A stretch of 64,000 nt of DNA. It comes from Perna viridis (taxonomy: Eukaryota). Both the position numbers and the translations under genes were made by a program. A model generated the notes under the pieces. The model ran no database searches, was not told where the DNA came from, and saw nothing but the letters and a program-made list of their open reading frames with translations. The stretch is from positions 48,691,597 through 48,755,596 of the forward strand of contig CM074512.1 in assembly GCA_037379345.1 (NCBI GenBank), in the 5' to 3' direction. How positions within the stretch are numbered: the first letter of the stretch is position 1; each line of letters opens with the position of its first letter. Below, in pieces: positions 1-12,200 of this stretch.

Positions 1-115
1 TATTGGCTTGCTTGGATATTTTTTGTCTTGACTTCAAAATTTAAGTTATTCTGTATATATTTTAATATTTTTTTCTGTTATGATTTGCTGTAAATTATGG
101 TTTTTTTTTGCTTAG

Positions 116-271
116 GATCATGAAGGTGTTGCATTAAATCTTGCTGTGGCCCATATGGGGATACTTGTGTTCCAAAACAGTACCAAAATTAATACATTCT
201 CATGGGCAAAGATCAGAAAACTCAGCTTTAAAAGGAAGAAATTCCTGGTCAAACTCCATCCAGAGACTTAT
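116..271 (+). CDS. FARP2: FARP exon (FERM C-lobe)
   Basis: cttag|GAT...TAT|gtaagt; [52 protein letters not shown]. Confidence 0.95.
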
Positions 272-3200
272 GTAAGTTTATATTATCTGTATGGTTATAT
301 ATATATGTACCTGATAAGGTATTTTGGTTGATGTGGTGTTAATGTGCCGGAGTTTTGTTGAAGCACAGACATTTTGAACTTTATTGTCACATATGATTGA
401 TGTGCTCTATGATGTGTTTTTGCAGAGAATCACTTCCTTTTAATGCAATGTTGTATGCATATTGTTTTTGTTGTCTTCTGAAAGTATTTTAAGAAAGGTT
501 TTGCCTTTTTGGATGCTTGACAGCAAAGAAATTTAAATCTTTTCAAGCTGGAAATACTTACAGACAATACCTTTTGACGTAAGATAAATTACAAGACATA
601 TTGATAAATGAATGGGATCTTGTTTTAACATTTTAGATCTGATCTTAATCTCTCATTTTATCCATATGTTAACGATACAACAATCCTATTAACTCCATTT
701 TCAGACTGCAGATTTTATTGTCTCAAATGTATATGACATATTGTCAAGGATTGATTCAATTACAGCTATGATAAACTGATGTTAAATTTGGAAGTAAATA
801 TGTCAAGTACTACTGTACTGTATAACAATACATCTTTTTTACCTTCTCAATGTCTTAAATGTAAAAATAATTACTACTTATAATTTTTCATGAAGGCTAC
901 AACTGGGGAAAGTTGTGGGTTTATTTGGTAAAAAAAAATCATGTGTAAAATATTGGAGGTATTTTGGTAGACCAATCTATGATCATTGCTCTTCCATTTT
1001 CATTCTTTGTACTCAGGCCAAAAAAATATGTCTGCTTCCTGCTACCTTAGTTTTTTTGTGCCTACTCTAAACATTTTATGGCCATTTTGGCTCAAGCACT
1101 GATTAAGTCTAGATTGTTTCCCCATTTATTCAATGTAAATTTTTTTGAAAAATGAAGTATTTTTCCTACCTACCTTTTCTATTTTTATCTTGCTTGTATC
1201 AGGAAACAAGATTTTTTTTTTGCATTATAAAAAAAATCAAGCTGCATGATGTACATATTCACTTTTATTATTGTTGCCATATTTTGTTTCAGCCAGTTAA
1301 AGCGAAGGTGAGAACCCCCAAAAGCTTGGCTTAATGTTTTTTTCCAACCATTACAAGTACTATGATAAGTGTTCTGACCAAAATTATCATCCTACTGGAG
1401 TATATTCTTTTCTGGCCAAGCTGTGTTTTACTCATACGTTGTAAAATTATGTAATCTCTGCATAAAAATTGTATATTTGTATTTTATATTCCCTATTTGT
1501 TAGGTAGTAAGCAAGGTTATTTTTGGTTTAGCAATAAATGTGTTATACTTTTCAGTGAATTACAAATTAACTTAAAGAATATTATTTACATCCAAAAGGC
1601 TACTCCAACATAGCATAAAGTGCATTACAATCCAACAAAGAACAAAAATTATGCTTAAAGGTTATACTCTAATTATACCAACACTTGAAAAGTGAGTGGT
1701 ATATTTGAATCACTTTGTCCCTCCATTTGTCCAAATTCCATCCAAAGTGTCTTGACCTCTAATGGATGGATTGATTTCAAACTTGATATGTGGCTTTATA
1801 TAGATTGGGCATAAAGCTGAAAGCAATTTTGGGTGGTGGTTGTCCAATATCAACTTCCTGTACAAATGAGAGAGTATACAAAACTTGACAATGCCTGTAA
1901 CTTCATGTTTTGGAATACTTGACACTATGTTTTGACTGGAGTAGCCATTGCTTAAGTCTGCAGTATTGTGTCGAACATTTTTGTTTACATGTCATCAGCA
2001 TGCCTTCTCTATTTTGCAGCAATGTTGTGTGAAACATGCATTTGTGTCTTTGAGTGTTGCATGATGTCAGTGAAATTTTGATGTTAATAATCATAATGTT
2101 GACTTTGAAACTTGAATGTGTCCTTGATTTAGAAAAAAATACTCCATGGATAGAACAATAGTTTAAAGAGATACTTGAATTATGTTAGGCTGGTAGAATA
2201 TTTAATTATATAAATACAAAAATACTAATCATTTATCAGTATTGCAAATTTTATTATGCTTACACATGTTTCAATGAGTAACCTCTCATCAACAACAAAT
2301 ACATAGAAAGATCTAAATCAAAAATTTTTTATACAAAAAATACTCAAAACAAAAATATAACTTTGTTTCTAAGAACTTGCTAAATGAAAAATAATGACCA
2401 ATTTCTATTTGTATTTGTTGCTTTCCTTTTGCTTAGTAAATGTTGCCCTGGGTTACTGGTTCTTACTTTGTTCAGTCATGCCTCTATTTCTGCACAATTA
2501 TTGTACAAACTGCACAGTGAAATATTGCTCATGTAAAAATTCATGTTGAGTTTGATGTCAGTTGTACAATGTACATGCAAAATTCCCTTGTGTGTTGGAT
2601 GTCTTTAGTTCATGTATGATATATTTCCATGTTCAGTTTGAAGTCAGTTGTACATATATTTTTTAAAAAGTTTATTTAAAAGACTTTTTTATATACTGGT
2701 ATATATTTTGTGAAAATCTTGTGTGTATCAATTGAGTATCAACTAAATATGAAGCTGAATGAACAGTGTTAATGTACTGTCATTCTTATGCTTGAGAGAA
2801 AAGTTTTGAAACGTCCAAATGTAATCTTGATGCTTCTGTAGTTAAAAATGGAGCATATATTACGTTGAATTGTTACCCAGTATTATGAATGGTCTACATT
2901 GAAGCATGTAAAATTTTAGGTCAGTGATAATACTCTAACCAAACTTGATTTGCATGAAAAAACTAAAGTATTTCTTAGATTTAACAACTGATTTACTTAG
3001 ATATTTGCCTGATATTGTTCTTCCTAGTTATAAAGATGAAAGTACCCCTGAATTCTCTGGATCATTCACTATTTAACAAATTGGCACTCTTTATAAGTTT
3101 CCCTTTCTCCTTTTAGTTTTAAGTTTTATTGTTTCATTTTTTGCCCCATTCCTATAGTGCCTCATACTTATAAACTATAGTATTTTCTACATATTTTTCT

Positions 3201-6200
3201 TCTTAATTATCAGTTGAGTTCATTTCGTTTACTTTATTACATGCCAACAGTTCTTAGATGAGCTTTTGAAATTAATGGAAATTTGCCTCTATTACAGGGA
3301 TACTATAAAGATACTGTAGAATTTTTCTTTGAGAGTCGAGATGAGAGTAAAAACTTCTGGAAACAGTGTATCGAACATCATGCATTCTTCCGTTGTCACA
3401 TGATCAAGAAAGTACCGAGAAACAAAACAAAACTAGTCAGTAGAGGATCATCATTTAGGTAAGATTCAACAGATTTATATCTAATTTGGCACTGTTGTCA
3501 TGGGATTTTAAAAAAGAAGCATCAGGCCTAAAAATTGTTGTTATCTAAAGTTAAATCAAAATGGCTAGATCATATTCAAATTATGACAGATTTTGATGGT
3601 TTATGGTTATTTTATATTTGTATAATAGTATTTTTTTCACTTTGGTGGAGACCAAAAGAACAAACAATTTAAAACATTGATAAGGCCAAATAAAATTATA
3701 CCTGTTTCCTGTTACATGTCAGAAAAAAATATGGGTTGGTAGTTTGGGATTTCATTTCATTTTATTTTTTCCCAAATTTCATAAAAAACAACTTCAAAAG
3801 CATTTTATTAACCACCCAGACTTTGTGCAAACCAAAAATTGTTTACCATCTGTAAAATGTTGGGTCATTTTGTGGTACTTTTGTTGTTTGTTAACTTGAA
3901 AATAAGTCAGTCAAAAGGTCAAATCATGAGTCGGTGAGGTAACCTAAAAATAAGTCAGTCAAAAGATCAAGTCATGAGTCGGTGAGGTAACTTGAAAATA
4001 CATCAGTCAAAAGGTCAAGTCATGAGTCAGTGAGGTAACTTGAAAATATGTCAGTCAAAAGGTAAAGTCATGAGTCGGTCAGGTAACAGGAAACACAGAT
4101 ATAATTGCATTTGACCTAATAGGTAGTTATAGTTGGTAGTCAGTAATTTACAATTAACCTATAAGTGTTGTAAATTTCTGTTTTTTGTTTTGTTGTTGTT
4201 GTGCTACACAGTGAAAGGTTTATTACTAATTCTGTTTAAATCAGACAAAACACCTCAGCTAACCCTAAAAACTTGAAGATATTTCATATTTTAAGACTGC
4301 TCATAGACAAATCATGACTAAACTCAGATTCTGTCTACATTAAACCCTGTCAAACCCTAAATTTGGTCTAAACAACCCTGAACTCTGGCCAGACGTAAGT
4401 TCTGTCTAAAGGACCATGAACCCTGATAGGCACAAATTGTGTCTTAACCAAACTTAACCGTCCTCAAATTTTTTTTAATCAAAACACCTGACTAAACCCA
4501 AAATATAAATCCAATGCCTAACTGTAATAAGATAAAGTCATTTCAAAGAAGGTTAAGTATTAAGTAGCATTTTTTAAGAATCATACAAATTCTGTAAAAT
4601 ATGATACAACTCAATTTTTATTTTTATTATGAAGTTTCTTTATACATGTATGCCTATATGATGAAATGTATAATTATTAATTCCAATCTGTCTGCACTTA
4701 GGAGACAATACACATTGAAAATCTAATAGTTTCTGTTGTATTTTAGTCATTTACAGAGTTATCTCCCTTAATTTTGAAATCTACAGTACATTCTATATAA
4801 TTTTTATCTCCTATGAACAAGGGTTATATGAAAAACCACTTGTTATTTTTCTTTTTTCTGATATTTTCAACAAAATATCAAAAATAAAAACATGTAGGCT
4901 TTCCAACCATGAATCACATTTTGCATGATTCTTATATGGAGTGCTACTTAATTGTTTCATTGATAATATTTAATTAAACTTATTATGAAAGTTAAGCATC
5001 TCATAATACCTGAGTATTAATAAAACATTGATAGTTTTAAAAGATCTAACAAAATAAAAGTTTTTGACTCCTTGCGATGCAGTGTGTCTGTCCACAAATT
5101 AGTCAGCATGCTCACAATAATTTTATTGTTAAATCATACTCTTTCCCTAGAAAAATACTTATGAGGAGACTGTGTTAAGTTACAGTCGTTTGCAGTAGTA
5201 CTATTTCATGGTATATTCTTCAGAGATTTTAAATGACTATTACAGTGAAGCTTGCTAGCAGAATCTCACATTATTGTATTAGCATGTTTATGACAAATAT
5301 TCTCTTGATACACATTTCTGGGTAAAGTTCATATTTTATGCTTCCAATAAAAGTTTATTTTTGAATTTATAACCTAAGTGATATTTAAAGAAGATGATAA
5401 AGTTGTCTAGCAGTAAATCCCAAGAGATTTTAATGATGCCTAGTTTGAATGTTAGGTGAGACTTGTCATTGTGTGATTAATGATAGCTCAGTAGACAAGG
5501 ATCAAGATAATTGTGCCAGATTGACTTTCGTAGTAAAACATGTCTTGCACTCTTCTGTAAAATCAAAAGATACTTGAGTTTCAGGCACATTTTGTTGGGT
5601 ATATATATGTTACATTGAACAGTTTCTATTGCATTTGCCTTCGGTAATAAATTTGTAGCATTTTACAACTCTGGAGACATGTTTTAAAGAAGCTTTAGTT
5701 TCATGATTGCTGCTAGAGTGTAATATGTTATAGTAACTTTGAAAAATTTTTTTGTACCTTAGGAAAATGTTATTTGGGTGCACATGTTTTCAGTTACTTT
5801 TTTACATATTATATATGAAAGTAATTTTGTCTCCCCCGCTTTAACCACTCTTAATGCTCAAAAAGTTCGGTTAATTTTATAGTAAAAGTTGAAAATCACT
5901 GGAGTCTCCCCCCACCCATCAGAATTTCTGGATCCACTACTGATGCCATGTTAAATTGCTTTGATTTCAGATATAGTGGTAGAACACAGAAACAATTAAT
6001 GACATATGTTAGGGAGTCATGTGTCAAAAGTCCATCATTTCAAAGGTATGCAAATCACTAATATTTTACACATTCATTTTCATATTTGCACATGTTTCAG
6101 GAAAATCCACTTAAGCATGGTTGTAGGTAGTTAGTGTGCATGGATTTGGATTTTAAAGAAATATTTATACTTTCATAAGTAATATTTGTAAGAGGAGGCA

Positions 6201-9200
6201 GTAATAAGAGTACAAATTGAAAATTAAATGTAAAGAAATAATCAGCTCATTTCTTTGTTGAATTGTTGACCAAGGTTAAAGTAAAATTGATGTAAACATA
6301 TTAAAATATCATTGAAAATCTTCAAGGGAGAGATATTCCCCACTAAATACTGTTTATAATTTTACTTGTTCAGCATGCATCTACCCCTCCATTCATAGTT
6401 TATATTTACCTTTCTGACAATTTCACTTGGCATGAGTCACCTTCAGTACTTAGTATATTCATGGGTAAGTCCCGAAATCTCCATATGCATACATTATTTA
6501 CCAAATTACTTTTTACCCTGCATGGTAATATATCTTTCTTTACCTTTGATTTTGCCAAAATAGGATTCACAGAAAGTAAGTTCGGCTGCTGAAAACATAC
6601 GCTGAATTTTTTTTTGAAAGCATGGCAGTGATATGTTTGCAATTAATTTGCATGTGTAGTTGGAATATGTTAAGTTTTATTATGCCACTTTTTATTTGTT
6701 TTGATCTGTGGTACCTCTAAGGTTCTAAAATGACATGCTGTAAAGGTTTTAGACCAGAGCTATTGTAAAACTTTAGTAATATATGACCAATGTCATTGAC
6801 ATATGGCAGCGTTATTTCCAATGTCATAAATAATTTTTTTTTCTTCTAATTTTACCCTCGTCACAACAGAACTTCGCTCCATAATAGTCGCAATTTTTTA
6901 CAACACATAGGCCTTGTCTTTCCTTTTTAGGAAGAAGCTATCGTGGGTTAACGATAAAATTGAGTTTCTATGGTTCATTTCTTAAGCATTACATATATAT
7001 TCACTGCAACTACTTGACACAGTCACTTGACATTTTGGCTTTTATAAAGTTTATAAAGTTGTTTTATATTGTGGGTTTTTATTTTGGGAATGAGTGACAA
7101 CAACTTCCTGTTAGATGACTGTTCATATTTGACCATTTACAAAATCTGGTTTTTGGGGATGGCAGTTATGGGCTTTAGCTCACTAATTTGTATTTTATTA
7201 AGAAATTAAAGAATAGCTAATTGACAAGGGTCTTAGAGGCTACAAGCCGTGATATCTGACCTCGGGGAAAGGTTAACAAGGTAAATTAGAACAGGTTTCA
7301 TTATTAACAATTTAATTAAAACTCCTGCATGACTAATTCAATAAGAGATAGTGTAAATCAATGTATTTTTACTAGCAGTTTATTTTCGCTAATTTTGTGA
7401 GCAAAAGAGAACCGTGAAGTAAATTACTGTGAATATTTCTCTTTATACTGAAGAAACAATGTTTAGAGAGTGTTAGACACAAAATTCAATAGTTGCAAAA
7501 CTGGATTGACATCCTGGACCAAAAATATGAAATTATATCGAGAATGAATATGGCGAATGTCAAAGAGACAACTATCCCACGGGGATGAAAATTATCAGCT
7601 CAAGGCCACCAATGGGTCTTTAATGGAGATGAGGAAACCCTCATACCATAGTGCAGGCTGCAGTTGGCTCTAAAACAACTTTATATATAAGTATAGCTAA
7701 ATAGTTGTCTCTATATACTTCAGCAACATGAAAGTAAATTTAATGTGAAAATGAAACAAGATATACAGAGGTTAAAAATTCCTGACTTTGGACAGGCACA
7801 AAAAAAAAGTACAACCCTCTCCATTTTTAAATCTGGCCACTGTGGAAAAAATATAACACAAATAAACACATTAGTTTGGTTAACAGAGATATACAAGGCA
7901 TATACCTGCTTTGTTAACTTATTTGCTGTGTTTCCTAATCATTAGTATGTTGAAATTTATGTTTAAGCATGTTGCTGGTTTTGTATATTTCCATGTTACA
8001 GCATGCCAATCTTCTTAATTTTAAGAAACTGCTAAAAAAAACTGTCATCTTTGTTAATGGTAATAAGTAAAGATGTTATAAGTACCTTGTTCCAATTTAG
8101 AAGTGAGAGGGATTAATCTTGTCTGTCTATTCTTCATTTTCATCCATTTTTGCACACAAAAAATATTTTATATTATATTAATCTAACTTTGCAAAATAGT
8201 TCTGTATTTGATATGTAGCTCTGTAATGATCAGTTGTAAGTTGTTTTATTCAGTTCTGCTTAACCCCAACTTTCCATTTGATAAACTTGAAATACCATTC
8301 AAGTACTACAGTGAACTTCAAGGAATGGAGTTGGTCTTTAACTGATTGAATGACCATTATCTGATAAACTTCATCAGATATTGTAACTGTTCATTTAATA
8401 TGGAACAAAAGGGTTTGACATCAGTCTACTAACTGGAAAATTGACAAGGAGATTTAAAATTTCTATTATTTCATAGGTATTTAAATTTGCATCTGAAAGA
8501 GAGTTTATATCTCCTTGTCAGTTGTCCAGGTGATAGACATTTCATCAGGTATTTATCAGTCAATCAAGGGAAGACCAACTTTATACCCTTAGGTTAATCA
8601 TATTGTGTTATTTAACGGAAGAACTTGTCTAGTATCCTCAGCACAATACTAAATGCAATGGCGTAAAAACACTCGTCAACATTCATGATCAAAAATAAGA
8701 TCCACTGTGCACATCAGTCAGCATCTTTTCAACAGATAAAACAAGTAAATTAATAACTATGAAAACTAAAACGTGAAAAGCTGTTCATCATATAATACAG
8801 TGTACATATTACAGACATGATTTTTGTCTTCTTTTTTAAATTACGCTTCTTTTCTTACTGTATGTTTACTTCTGATTTCGTCAATTTTTTCTTTGTTTTC
8901 TGCATATATTTATGTCTGTAATATTAAAGAACAAGGTAATATACATGTATGCTATGTAAATGAATTGTAATTTATCTATTCATTGGATATATAACAATAG
9001 GGTTTGACATCAATCAACTGTTCAACCAGTTTTTCTTTGTTCTAGGTCAACCAGTGGTCGCATTTCATCAGCTAGTCGTAGTACCAGTGTTACTCCTAAA
9101 ATTCCTGCCAAAATGACATTGAACAATTCTACCGATACCCACAACAGCACAGCCTCTAGTGGGTCACATATCCTCAGTACAGGGGCAGAAACCCCTCATG

Positions 9201-12200
9201 ACAGAACAGAAGTGGTTGATGTACATAGCGCTGCCAGTTCTCTGTCTGGAAGCCGCTCGCTGGGATCACCAAAACCAGAACACAGCTCGACACCAGATGG
9301 AACGATTGACACAAAGGCCTATCTCGTTGGCGGAGGTGAGGAAGCATTGCCATCTATAGAACGAGGTTCTAACTTAGTTGTTACTAACGAAATTGTTGTA
9401 CATAATCAAAATATGTCATCCAAACAAAGTCCAGTTGCCTCTGATCTCATACTAACTGGTGACGGGTCTCAATTGTATTCCTTTAGCCAGGTAGATAATG
9501 CTATAGATAAGCTTAGTTCTGAATTGTATAATGTAGAAAATGTTCCAGATACGTACCGTGAGAAACTTTACTCTTCGCTCGGTAGAGATTCTAAAAAATT
9601 ATCTGAAAAAGAAAAATCACAGCAGCAAAGCAAAGGAACTTTACCAGAAAGTCAACCAAAAAGAGATTTGAGTGCTATAAAAAGGGAAAAATTGATGGAA
9701 CAAGAGCATGATCTGCAAGCTGAAACTCAGAGAGAAATTGAGAACTTGATTGCTTCTGTTCAGGAAGAAAAGCGACGTCTTGCAGAAGGCGAAACTTTTA
9801 TGATTGAATTGAAAGATGATATTCCTGCAGGTTCTCACATTTCTGTTAGTGTAGGAGTATCTTCTCGTCAAAATTCTCCAGATAAACAAGTTCTTGCATC
9901 TCCTATGTCACAGGAATCTGTTGATTTATCTGATAGACATAGTACTGATCTTGATCTTTCAGCACAGACGAGTATTGATTGTGACAGTTACAGTTTTTCT
10001 TCATTAGCAAACAGTGAAGACCTTATGGATGCTATTCCGTATATTCTTCATCGAAGACATTTTTCTGAAGATGCTGAAGAAGAAATTGAGAATAATGATA
10101 TCATTAGTCCTGTAGAGCCAAGTGCTGAACTGAGTTCTATTCGTAGGAGTAGAAGTTTGAAAAAGAAACGTCCCACCAACATACAAGTAGAACAGGTAAA
10201 AGTCTATGCAAGTTCTGAAGATGGATCTCCATCGCCCCAACTACATCAAAGATCTTTTTCCTGTGGGACAAAGAGATCACCACACAGTAGATCTCCATCT
10301 GAAAAAGGTCTGCGTATTTTGAAAAGTAGATCTCCATCAGGAAAAAGGACACCAGGATCCATTTCCCAAACATCTCTTGACCGCTCTCCATCAGGTGCAA
10401 AAAGGCGTAACTATTTTACACTACCACCAAGAGATGCTTATTCTAGCATTGATGATACTACAAGCCCTGTTTTTGATACAGATATTGTTAAGCATATTAA
10501 AAGTCAACAGTCAATTGATCGTGAGGATAGTAACACAAGCATCCAAATGTTAGGTCAAGCAAATCTGACTGATCAATCTCCAGTAGTTGAAACAAATGCT
10601 ATGTATTCTCCTGAATATGTTCAAGTTGAAACTTTTAGAACTGACAATGTATTAAATGATGATAAACAATCAGATGGACCTGTATTTGGGAAAGTAGATG
10701 AAAAATCAATTGACCTGTCAGCAAGAACTGTTGAATATATGGAATCTCAACAAATTTCTCAATGTCATGATGTAAGGGAAGTTATCAAGGAAGAAAACTC
10801 CTCTCCAGAAAAATCTCCTGACAGTGAAAGTATAAAAAGTGTACAAGAAAAAGTTAATGTCAAAAAGAAGGACATGATACAAAAAAGTTGGAAATACACA
10901 AAGCAGGAAACTGTAGATCTGATGGGAAGTCATCACAGTGACACTGGAAGTCTGGACAATCCATCTCCAGCAGCCGTGTTCCTGTTATCTGAAGGTGAGT
11001 ATCATAGTAAAGTCAAAAGAAGTAGCAGTGGCATTTCATTCAGCACATTCAAACCAGCTAATGTTTCTACTCCAAGCACTCCAGGGTCACGCCCCCAGAG
11101 TTTTACAGAATCAGAAAAGGGAGAAGACACTGTCTCTCTTTTGTCTTCTGCAACTGATACATTGAGTAGGACTTGTAAAATTCCAGAGGAAAATATTTTC
11201 CGCCCAACAAGTCCTAAACCTAAATCAAATCATCGTAGGAGCTCAAAAGATATGCCAAATATTCGATCACGTAGAAAAGTAAGCTTTCCTCGTGAAAGGG
11301 GATACAAATATAGCTTTGAAAGTGTAAATGACCCTCCATATTTGTCACTTCCTCGTTCAGAGGATATCAGCTTAGAGGAATTCAATAAAACATCTGATTC
11401 TTTAACTGGATATTTATCTCATGATAATTGTGAAATGATTGAATCGGATACTACTGAATCTTCCAATGGTGAAACAGACCAAGATATTGAGAGCAGTGAT
11501 GATGATCGCCATGCGGAGTTCTTAAAATTTGCAAAAAGTTTAGCTGATTCAGGAAAGGAAATCACCGCTGATTCTGGAGTTGGTGCTGAAATGGAGAACT
11601 CAGTTGTCAGGGAAACGTCTCCCTTAGAAGTGCTTGATAATCTTGAAAATTCTCTTCAGGATTCTTTTGAATATAGTCTAACTAGAAATGGCTGTCAGAT
11701 CAAAATTGATGTGGATGGTAGTTCTTCCGATAGTGAACCCGAGATTGTTGTTACAAAAAAACGTTGTAGTGCTGATCCTCTGGAGGAGTTAGAAAATTTA
11801 GACATTGCTGAAGTTGCTTCCAGTACAAGCAGCAGCTCTTCAGAAGGACGGAAAAGAAAGAAGAAAGGGAGGAGAAAATCTAGTCGAAATCAACTGGTTA
11901 TACCACTGTTAACTATTAGTAATCCATCTAGTCCTGAAGAAAATAATGTAGATAGCAAATACAACGAAATAAGCTCTAATTCTGTTTGTTAAGATATTTT
12001 TTACATGAAGGATAATGGGGAGTAACTCTGATAGGGATAAAGTTCAAAATTATCTGTCTGTCATACATGGAATAACATTTTTCAGCATCTAAACATGACG
12101 CTGTCTAACATTTAGCATAGTGCAATCACTAAACTCAATAACAGTATTGGCTTATCACTCTAAAACTAAAAACACTCAAATATTTGGTATTGTCCAATTC

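Noticed and set aside
3893-4087. CRISPR-like array (also 24958-25092, 30141-30335, 40358-40660)
   Set aside because: Head-to-tail repeats with no unique spacers, no cas genes, eukaryotic intron context.
11275-11285. AAAA|gtaagc as a third internal donor in the giant exon
   Set aside because: Phase 0, incompatible with the phase-1 acceptor at 27366.
9113-11992. 959-aa ORF as an independent nested gene or transposon ORF
   Set aside because: The frame extends upstream without a stop to an acceptor in phase with the FARP FA exon; no RT, transposase or integrase motifs.
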